NCBI GenBank assembly: GCA_905214315.1
Contig: CAJMLN010000002.1
Coordinates: 9,907 to 73,906 of the forward strand
Length of the DNA stretch: 64,000 bases
Source: an uncultured bacterium
GTDB lineage: Bacteria > Bacillota > Clostridia > Christensenellales > QALW01
Direction of reading: 5' to 3'
The position numbers were made by a program, and so were the translations under genes. Of this stretch, positions 57,185 through 64,000 are shown piece by piece. Within the stretch, counting starts at the first letter, position 1. Each line of letters starts with the position of its first letter. A model generated the notes under the pieces. The model was not told where the DNA came from, ran no database searches, and was given only the letters and a program-made list of their open reading frames with translations.

Positions 57185-59102
57185 AAACGGTACCACTCCT
57201 TCCACAACACCCCGGGGGCAGCGTGCGCCCAAGGGAGTTCTGCGCCGGCTGCTGCGCCTGTTGTTTGAATTTTATCCGGTGTTGCTGCCGGTAACGCTGG
57301 TCTGCATTCTCATCAACGCAATCGTCAGCGCCATGCCCGCGGTATTTATGCAAAATATTATCGCCGTTGTGGATGAAAGCTATCAATCCGGCGACTGGAC
57401 CGCGGTATCCGGAAAAATTCTGACGCTGGTGGGCATTCTGGTGGGCCTGTATATTGTCAGCCTGATCGCGGGCTGCGTTTATACCCAGCTGATGGCGGTT
57501 ATTACGCAGGGTTCTTTGAAAAAGCTGCGGGAAAAAATGTTCAGCCATATGCAGAGCTTACCGATTAAATATTTTGATACCCACGGCCACGGCGATATCA
57601 TGAGCTATTATACCAACGACGTGGACACCCTGCGCCAGATGATCAGCCAGAGCCTCCCGCAGATGCTGATTTCCGCCATAACGCTGCTTTCGGTGTTCGC
57701 TATTATGATGTATTACAGCGTTATTCTGGGGCTGATTGTCATAGCCGGCGTCATTTGTATGCTGTTTGCCGCCCGTTACATTACCGGTCATTCCTCTAAA
57801 TATTTCCTGCGTCAGCAGGTTACCCTGGCAAAGGCCGAGGCGTTTATGGAGGAAATGATGACCGGCCAGAAGGTCATCAAGGTGTTCTGCCACGAGGAGG
57901 ACGTCAAGGCGGAGTTCGACAAGGTAAACGGCGAAATTTTCTTCAATGCCCGCAACGGAAACCGCTTCGCCAATATTCTGATGCCTCTTTTAAGCAATAT
58001 CGGCAACGTCATGTACGTGGTGGTGGCCCTGGTGGGAGGCATCCTGCTGCTGACGGACCTGAACAACATCAGCCTTTCAGGCATGGCGTTCAGTATCAGC
58101 ATCGTTGTACCGTTTTTGAATATGACCAAGCAGTTCGCCGGCGCGGTGGGGCAGGTATCTAATCAGGTAAACATGGTCATTATGGGGCTTGCAGGCGCGC
58201 ACCGCATCTTTGCCCTGCTGGATGAACAGCCCGAAAGCGATGAGGGCTATGTTACCCTGGTTAACGCAAGGGAAAACGCCGACGGCAGCTTGGGCGAGTG
58301 CGAAGAGCGCACCAACGTCTGGGCCTGGAAGCACCGGCACCATGACGGAACCGTTACCTATACCCGCCTGGAGGGCGACGTGCGCTTTTATGACGTCAAC
58401 TTTGGCTATACGCCGGAAAAGACCGTACTGCATGATATTTCCCTGTATGCCAAACCCGGCCAGAAGGTTGCGTTTGTCGGCTCCACCGGCGCGGGAAAAA
58501 CCACCATTACAAACCTGATCAACCGTTTTTACGACATCGACGACGGAAAGATCCGCTATGATGGCATTAATATCAAAAAGATCAAAAAAGCGGATCTGCG
58601 CCATAGCTTGGGTATCATCCTGCAGGATACGAATCTTTTTACCGGCACGGTGATGGAAAATATCCGCTACGGGAATTTGGGAGCAACCGACGAGGAGTGC
58701 GTGGCCGCGGCAAAGCTTGCCGGCGCGGACGATTTCATTCGCCGCCTGCCGGAGGGCTACGCCACCATGCTGCACGGCAACGGCTCCAACCTCAGCCAGG
58801 GTCAGCGGCAGCTGCTTGTGATTGCGCGCGCGGCCGTGGCCGATCCTCCTGTAATGATTATGGACGAGGCAACCAGCTCCATCGATACCCGCACCGAGGC
58901 CATTGTACAGCGGGGAATGGATGCGCTGATGGCCGGCCGCACCGTGTTTGTAATTGCGCACCGCCTTTCCACCGTGCGCAATGCGGACGCGATTATGGTG
59001 CTGGATCACGGCCGTATCATCGAACGCGGCACCCATGAGGAGCTTCTGCAGCTTAAGGGAACCTATTATCAGCTGTATACCGGCGTATTGGAGCTGGATT
59101 GA
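57171..59102 (+). CDS. ABC transporter permease/ATP-binding protein (exporter half, subunit 2)
   Basis: TMD plus NBD: GSTGAGKTT, LSQGQRQLLVIARAAV, MIMDEATSSID. It overlaps subunit 1 by 14 nt, which fits a heterodimeric exporter. Confidence 0.9.
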   Translation: MANNKNGTTPSTTPRGQRAPKGVLRRLLRLLFEFYPVLLPVTLVCILINAIVSAMPAVFMQNIIAVVDESYQSGDWTAVSGKILTLVGILVGLYIVSLIAGCVYTQLMAVITQGSLKKLREKMFSHMQSLPIKYFDTHGHGDIMSYYTNDVDTLRQMISQSLPQMLISAITLLSVFAIMMYYSVILGLIVIAGVICMLFAARYITGHSSKYFLRQQVTLAKAEAFMEEMMTGQKVIKVFCHEEDVKAEFDKVNGEIFFNARNGNRFANILMPLLSNIGNVMYVVVALVGGILLLTDLNNISLSGMAFSISIVVPFLNMTKQFAGAVGQVSNQVNMVIMGLAGAHRIFALLDEQPESDEGYVTLVNARENADGSLGECEERTNVWAWKHRHHDGTVTYTRLEGDVRFYDVNFGYTPEKTVLHDISLYAKPGQKVAFVGSTGAGKTTITNLINRFYDIDDGKIRYDGINIKKIKKADLRHSLGIILQDTNLFTGTVMENIRYGNLGATDEECVAAAKLAGADDFIRRLPEGYATMLHGNGSNLSQGQRQLLVIARAAVADPPVMIMDEATSSIDTRTEAIVQRGMDALMAGRTVFVIAHRLSTVRNADAIMVLDHGRIIERGTHEELLQLKGTYYQLYTGVLELD

Positions 59103-59116
59103 GCTGTTTTGAATCC

Positions 59117-59172
59117 AAACTCCCGGGAGTTCCGGCCGTTTTTAACAGGCCGTCCCGGGAGTTTTTTATTTT
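59117..59172 (+). terminator. Rho-independent terminator of the ABC operon
   Basis: Two-tier hairpin: AAACTCCCGGGA ... TCCCGGGAGTTT enclosing CGGCC-N10-GGCCG, followed by TTTTTTATTTT. Confidence 0.8.
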
Positions 59173-59825
59173 ACAGGCGCACGGAACCCCGCACTCTTTT
59201 CTTTTTCCCTCCGGCGGCGGAAAAAGCGGAATTGTCCTGCCGTCTGCGCCGGCACAAAAGAGCCGCAAAATATTTTTATACAGCGCCTGAAAGCCCCCTG
59301 CCTGCCGCACAGATGAAGCCCCCGCTCCCTTTTGTGCAGGAAAAAATAACATCCGGGCATAAAAAAACGCCGCGGGCTGCAATGCACCAGCGGCAGCGAA
59401 AAAAGCTTCATTGTGTAGGAAAAACTCCTGTAGTTTGTTTTACCGTAAAAGCACGGTCAGCTATTTTTGGGAAAAAAGCTTGCACGGAATCGATAAAACT
59501 ACATCTTTATAAGGGGTAAATCCGAATTTCTTATAATAGTCGGCTGTAGGCAGCTCCGTCTGCACCAGCCATTCGGAATTGTACTTTTTAAAGGACTGTA
59601 AAAAAGATATTTTTCGCAATTCGGTCGGTGAAGCGGAATTTTTGCGTCTGTACAGGCCGGGAAAGAAAGAGCGGAAATGTTACAATAAACAAGTGACGGC
59701 TGACTGAACTGAGACAGAGAGGGGGGAATTACAAGGATTTTCCTGTTTTCACCTTTTTGAAAATTTGCGTCCGATTCAAAATCAAAAATCAGAATCCCGC
59801 GAACCCGCATAAAATAAGGCTTTAT

Positions 59826-59870
59826 AATAAAACGCCATTGAAGGCTTGAACCTTCAATGGCGTTTTTGCT
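59826..59870 (-). terminator. Terminator of the 59883-61964 surface-protein gene
   Basis: 16-bp perfect stem AAAACGCCATTGAAGG-cttgaa-CCTTCAATGGCGTTTT at 59829-59866, with U-rich tails on both strands. Confidence 0.8.
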
Positions 59871-59882
59871 TATGTGCCTGCG

Positions 59883-61964
59883 TTATTCTGATTCTTTTTT
59901 TCTGGCATAAATGGTCGATCCTGTCAGACCGCCCGCTGCAAGCAGTATTAACGCGAGATAGATCCACAGATTTGACGAATCTCCCGTGTCGGCGTCTGCA
60001 CCGGAATTCGACCCGGTGGCGGTAATCTCCTCGGTCTTCAGCACCTTGCCGCAGACAGTACAACTGTAGGTCTTTACGCCTTTTTCCGTCTCCGTTGCCG
60101 GCTTGGTTACTTTGCCCTCATCGCTCGTATGTGCCGCTGCATCGGCTTTTTCGCCGCAGGTACACACATGCCAGTGATTCTCGTTATCCGATTGCCAGTC
60201 GGTTCCGAACTGATGGTCTGCCGTCAGCACGACAGGGGCGCTCTCGGTTGCATTTGAGACAGCCTTCCCTTTGACCGCGGTCACCTTCACCGTATAGCTG
60301 CCGCTTTCGGTCGCGGTCAGCTCGGCTGCGGTCTCGCCGTCGATCAAGGTTCCGTCCTTATACCATTCATAGGTATAGGTCACATCCTTCAATACATGGG
60401 ATGGGGTTGCCGTCAGTTTGATACTGCCGCTGATATGAACGTTTGTTTGGTCTGCCTGCAGAGAAACGGCAGGCGCATTCAGCCTCCAAATCTCGTACAG
60501 GGAAAGCCCGTTGTTTTTCGTCGTGATAGGCGTCTCCATATTCCATTGCTTCCATGTTCCCTGGTCAAAATACTGCCAGCCGATTCGGGAGTAGCCCGCG
60601 ATATCCGCTGCCGCAGGAATTTTATTCGATGCAATCGGCTGATCCGGCAGTACATAGACATTCTTATACTGATAGCCGGTGGCATCGATCGAGGAGAGCT
60701 GATAGAACCGCACGCGGACCAAATTGATCCACTGCAGCGTTTGCCCGTCAAGCGTCAGCGCCGTGCTGGTGAAAGAAGTTGTAAAGTCTTCCAGCTTCGG
60801 CGTTAAACCCTGTGCATAGGTTACGACCGTCCGGCCTTCTCTGCCGTATGAATCAATAACTGAAACAGGCTTCCCCGGGGTAAATGCGCCGGTCACTTCA
60901 ATCTGCGGTCCATAATCCACCCAGTCGAGCAAAACTACGTCGCCCGAGATGGTGGGAGAGCCGCTCAGTTTCAGCTGTGCAAAAGGTGTGGCGGCATCAA
61001 AATCGTACTCTTCGGGGTAATTGTCGTTGAGTGTAATGGCCTGTTCTTCCTCGAATCCGTCCTCATCCCCGGCATATATTTTGTTGCCGCTGATGGTACC
61101 GCCGCTGATGATGACAATTGTATCACCACGCATATAATTGTAGAATGCGGCAATTCCGGCGCCCTGTCCATCTTCGGTACCGTTATCGATAATCGAACCG
61201 CTCTTCATTTCAAAGGAAGCAGGAGAGTTTGCGAGGCCTTCCAGATAAACACCGCCGCCCATCCGGACGGAGACGTTTTCCTTAATGATTGTGCCGTCGA
61301 GGAGGACTGTACCGCCAAGATTGCAGATACCGCCACCGCATCCTTCGGCAGTATTTTGGGAAATTTCACCGCCGCGAAGATTCACTGTACCCTGATCCAG
61401 ATAGATACCGCCGCCGTCATAGACAGTGCTGTTGTTCTGAATAAGACCGCCGTTCATATTCAGGACGGAGCCTGAATAAACGCCTACAGCCGAATCTGAA
61501 TTATTAATCAGTTTCGTATTGGCTTCAATTGTGAGCGTCGCCTTACTCTGGAGCTGGATCAATTCTGCGCTATTGGATATATCCGGGGCTCCGCCGTCCA
61601 TCGTTACATTTGACAGGGTAAGCTCTACGCCGGATACGTAGAACAGATAGGAGCCGCAGCCATCCGCACGCTTGAAGGTCACGTCGGAGAGCGCCATGCT
61701 CTCATTTGTTATAGAGACAGGGTAGCAAACATAGACCGTTCCCTGTTTGGCCACCAGCTCAAAAGCCTTGTCCAGGTTTTTGACCGCTTTAGCTGCGCTT
61801 TCACCGCTATTGTTGTCATCTCCTTTGCTACCGTCCAGATAAACGGTAGCCATGGTTCCCGTCGGCTTCTTTTGAACAGGATCCGGAGCCGCTGTCACAC
61901 TGCCCAACAGCAGGGTTAAGACCATACACAAGCCGATGAAACATGCCATCATCCGTTTTTTCAT
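59883..61964 (-). CDS. Beta-helix surface protein with Ig-like stalk, HWHxCxCG/CxxCG motifs and a TGD-TM-basic C-terminus
   Basis: 693 aa with a signal peptide (LLGSVTA-AP). Repeats GGGIYLDQGTVNLRGGEISQN / GGGICNLGGTVLLDG / GGGVYLEG. C-terminus has HWHVCTCG and SCTVCG, then TGDSSNLWIYLALILLAAGGLTGSTIYARKKESE. Confidence 0.8.
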   Translation of the reverse strand: MKKRMMACFIGLCMVLTLLLGSVTAAPDPVQKKPTGTMATVYLDGSKGDDNNSGESAAKAVKNLDKAFELVAKQGTVYVCYPVSITNESMALSDVTFKRADGCGSYLFYVSGVELTLSNVTMDGGAPDISNSAELIQLQSKATLTIEANTKLINNSDSAVGVYSGSVLNMNGGLIQNNSTVYDGGGIYLDQGTVNLRGGEISQNTAEGCGGGICNLGGTVLLDGTIIKENVSVRMGGGVYLEGLANSPASFEMKSGSIIDNGTEDGQGAGIAAFYNYMRGDTIVIISGGTISGNKIYAGDEDGFEEEQAITLNDNYPEEYDFDAATPFAQLKLSGSPTISGDVVLLDWVDYGPQIEVTGAFTPGKPVSVIDSYGREGRTVVTYAQGLTPKLEDFTTSFTSTALTLDGQTLQWINLVRVRFYQLSSIDATGYQYKNVYVLPDQPIASNKIPAAADIAGYSRIGWQYFDQGTWKQWNMETPITTKNNGLSLYEIWRLNAPAVSLQADQTNVHISGSIKLTATPSHVLKDVTYTYEWYKDGTLIDGETAAELTATESGSYTVKVTAVKGKAVSNATESAPVVLTADHQFGTDWQSDNENHWHVCTCGEKADAAAHTSDEGKVTKPATETEKGVKTYSCTVCGKVLKTEEITATGSNSGADADTGDSSNLWIYLALILLAAGGLTGSTIYARKKESE

Positions 61965-62023
61965 TGTTAAATACTCCTTTCATCCTATAAGTTCACTATT
62001 TTAAATAGTATATTTTTAAAATA

Positions 62024-62053
62024 ATTTTATCATGCTGTTTTTTCCTTTGTCAA
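62024..62053 (-). promoter_or_regulatory. Candidate promoter of the 59883-61964 gene
   Basis: Minus strand: TTGACA, 18 nt, TAAAAT, about 55 nt upstream of the ATG. Confidence 0.45.
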
Positions 62054-62267
62054 GTATAAAGTAACAATAAATCTGGGCCTGTTTCCAATTAAAAAAAGAG
62101 TCGAATTATCTTGATTTGTCTGTCGGGGAAAAAAGAGATACCCTGCGCCGAAAGCGCACCCGCAAAAGGTTGGGGCAGCGACAGGGAACCGTCGCGAGGG
62201 CATTTACAACCGAGAAGGCGAGCCGAGCGTGACCTTTTGCGAAAGAGGAGGAATGATGGAGCGGTAT

Positions 62268-62300
62268 AAGAAATCCCCAGCCGAATGGCTGGGGATTTTG
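62268..62300 (-). terminator. Terminator of the tRNA-Ser pair
   Basis: 12-bp stem AAATCCCCAGCC-gaat-GGCTGGGGATTT at 62271-62298, about 25 nt past the 3' end of the second tRNA. Confidence 0.8.
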
Positions 62301-62324
62301 AATGGAGCGTAGTCCATTCCGGCG

Positions 62325-62419
62325 TGGCGGAGACAGAGAGATTTGAACTCTCGCGCCGGTAACTCCCGACCTACACCCTTAGCAGGGGCGCCCCTTCGGC
62401 CAAACTTGGGTATGTCTCC
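62325..62419 (-). tRNA. tRNA-Ser (anticodon GCU)
   Basis: Acceptor GGAGACA/TGTCTCC. Anticodon stem CGCCC/GGGTG with loop CTGCTAA. Long variable arm. T-arm GAGAG-TTCAAAT-CTCTC. CCA is encoded. Confidence 0.9.
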
Positions 62420-62439
62420 GAATAAACAATATGCGCTTG

Positions 62440-62528
<89 letters not shown>

Positions 62529-62548
62529 GTTTTCCAACGGATACGTGC

Positions 62549-62577
62549 ATTATAGCAAAAAAAAACGGCAGTGTCAA
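62549..62577 (-). promoter_or_regulatory. Consensus sigma-A promoter of the tRNA-Ser operon
   Basis: Minus strand: TTGACA, 17 nt, TATAAT (both hexamers perfect), about 20 nt upstream of the first tRNA. Confidence 0.65.
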
Positions 62578-62710
62578 CAGAAAAAAAGGGAAGGGATAAG
62601 GTTTTTATGTCACATGGAAAGCGCGGAAAAAGAAAAAAGTGATATACTGGAGGTATGAAGACGGCATGGCTGCTTTGCGGCCGGCCGTATTTTTTTAAGG
62701 AGGCGTCGGT

Positions 62711-63163
62711 ATGAATGAAGGATATCACACAAAAGTAAGCCCGTATATCAAGCATATCGGCATACTGGTCATGGGCGGAGCGAAGGAGGCGGAAATTGCG
62801 GCGATGTTGGGAATTTCGCGCCGTACGCTGCAGCGGTATAAAAGCGCGCATCCGGAGCTGAAAAGCGCGCTGGAGAAAAAAAGGGACGCCGATACGCAGG
62901 TGCGGGAAGCGTTTTTTAAGCGGGCCTGCGGCTATACCGCCCAGGAGGAGACTACCGAGTGCAAGGGGAAGAAAAACGAGGACGGCCTGGTGGTGGATGA
63001 ACAGGTGGTAAAAAAAACGGTGAAAAAGGAGGTTCCGCCGGATTTGAGCGCCATTAAATGGTGGATGGAAAACAGCGGCCGGCCGATAGAGGAGGAGCCG
63101 GACGTGGAGGAAGCGAGGGAGCTTTTGCTTGAAAGACGCAGACTGCAGAGCCAGGGAGATTGA
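62711..63163 (+). CDS. terS: Phage terminase small subunit (HTH type)
   Basis: 150 aa. HTH EAEIAAMLGISRRTLQRYK, then the PPDLSAIKWWMEN motif seen in small terminases, and an acidic C-terminus. SD AAGGAGG lies 7 nt before the ATG. Confidence 0.7.
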   Translation: MNEGYHTKVSPYIKHIGILVMGGAKEAEIAAMLGISRRTLQRYKSAHPELKSALEKKRDADTQVREAFFKRACGYTAQEETTECKGKKNEDGLVVDEQVVKKTVKKEVPPDLSAIKWWMENSGRPIEEEPDVEEARELLLERRRLQSQGD

Positions 63164-64000
63164 ACAGCAGATACGGCGGCATCCGCAGCTGTTTAAGCTG
63201 GCGGGCTATAATTTAGGGCCGAAGGTGCATCAGAAGCAGATGGCGTTCCATGCCTGCCCCAGGCGCAACCGCTGGGTGTTCGGCGGCAACCGCACGGGCA
63301 AGACCGAATGCGGCGCGGTGGAGGCGATCTGGTACGCCAGGGGAATTCATCCGTTTAAAAAGATTCCGGGGCCTACCAGGGGCTGGGTGGTGAGCCTGAC
63401 CCAGGAGGTGCAGCGGGATGTGGCCCAGGAAAAGCTGCTTTCCTATCTGCCCAGGGAATGGATTGAAAAAATTGTGATGCGCCGGGGGCGCGGCGACAGC
63501 CCCGACGCGGGCGTGATCGATTTTATTCTGGTAAGGAGCGTGTGCGGCGGAACGTCGGTGATCGGCTTTAAAAGCTGCGACCAGGGCCGCCAGCGCTTTC
63601 AGGGCACCAGTCAGGACTGGATCTGGTTTGACGAGGAGCCGCCCAAAGAGATTTATGACGAATGCCGGATGCGGGTGCTGGATACCTGCGGCGAGCTTTG
63701 GGGCACCATGACCCCGCTGCTGGGGCTGACCTGGGTGCATGACGAGATCTACCTAAACCAAAATAAGGACCCGGAGGCCTGGTATATTACAATGAGCTGG
63801 CAGGACAACCCGTTTTTAAACCCGCAGGAGGTGAAAATGCTGGAGGCGCTGCTGCCCGAGAGCGAGCGCGAGAGCCGGCAGTACGGCCGCTTTATGAGCC
63901 ACAGCGGTTTGGTATACGGGGAATTTGACGAAAGCGTGCATGTGATCGATCCCTTTGAGGTACCGAAGGATTGGTTTGCAATGCTCTCCATTGATCCTGG
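63129..64000 (+). CDS. terL: Phage terminase large subunit, 5' partial (runs off the window)
   Basis: The frame is open from 63090 to the window end, so it is not in the supplied track. HQKQMAFHACPRRNRWVFGGNRTGKTE (Walker A), IWFDEEPP (Walker B), TMTPLLG. The likely TTG start at 63129 has GAGGGAG 8 nt upstream; the ATG at 63240 is an alternative. Confidence 0.75.
   Translation, partial: MKDADCRAREIEQQIRRHPQLFKLAGYNLGPKVHQKQMAFHACPRRNRWVFGGNRTGKTECGAVEAIWYARGIHPFKKIPGPTRGWVVSLTQEVQRDVAQEKLLSYLPREWIEKIVMRRGRGDSPDAGVIDFILVRSVCGGTSVIGFKSCDQGRQRFQGTSQDWIWFDEEPPKEIYDECRMRVLDTCGELWGTMTPLLGLTWVHDEIYLNQNKDPEAWYITMSWQDNPFLNPQEVKMLEALLPESERESRQYGRFMSHSGLVYGEFDESVHVIDPFEVPKDWFAMLSIDP

Larger units (their letters stand above)
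62600..64000 (+). mobile_element. Left end of a phage-derived region (DNA-packaging module); continues beyond the window
   Basis: terS and terL are back to back and directly abut the tRNA promoter. No integrase or att repeat is visible on this side. Confidence 0.6.

Noticed and set aside
59109-59519. 136-aa plus-strand and 81-aa minus-strand ORFs (59166-59411) after the ABC operon
   Set aside because: The products are extremely basic and Arg/Pro/Lys-rich. There is no properly spaced SD, and the ORFs run through the operon terminator. This is non-coding spacer.
62253-62312. 19-codon ORF with AGGAGG upstream (MMERYKKSPAEWLGILNGA)
   Set aside because: The SD-to-ATG spacing is only 1-4 nt, and the ORF is made up largely of the tRNA terminator hairpin. 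It is most likely fortuitous. I mention it only as part of the structured-element finding.

Overview
This is a 64-kb chromosomal window from a PolC-containing, moderately GC-rich Firmicute. It looks like Clostridia of the Oscillospiraceae/Ruminococcaceae type, but that is a guess from gene content; no search was run. All calls come from reading the supplied translations and the raw sequence by eye. Most of the window is core housekeeping. On the minus strand sits the classic rimP-nusA-ylxR-ylxQ-infB-rbfA-nrnA-truB-ribF operon, followed by polC, gap, a malic enzyme and rpmE. On the plus strand are rbgA-rnhB-yraN, comM, mntP and uvrB-uvrA. The window also holds serC-serA, a MarR regulator with a heterodimeric ABC exporter, and two tRNA-Ser genes with a consensus promoter and terminator. 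At the right edge a phage-type packaging module starts (terS, then a terL that runs off the window and is absent from the supplied ORF track). The accessory content is the more interesting part. (1) A 1,610-aa lipoprotein fuses two GT-C glycosyltransferase modules with sugar-binding-like domains. One block of those domains is inserted in front of the catalytic DE motif of the PMT/GT39 half. A membrane-anchored phosphodiester glycosidase gene follows it directly. (2) Three dispersed beta-helix surface proteins share a CxxCG-motif stalk and a non-LPXTG tripartite C-terminus of (S/T)GD, a TM helix and a basic tail. (3) A BspA-like LRR lipoprotein consists of two tandem copies. (4) A leaderless VWA protein carries a Cys-rich tail. 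(5) A roughly 740-bp AT-rich island holds hydrophobic mini-ORFs. (6) Several long structured non-coding spacers are present. I saw no CRISPR array, no rRNA and no recognisable defence or toxin system. Many long ORFs in the supplied track are antisense shadow ORFs of GC-rich genes and are not reported.
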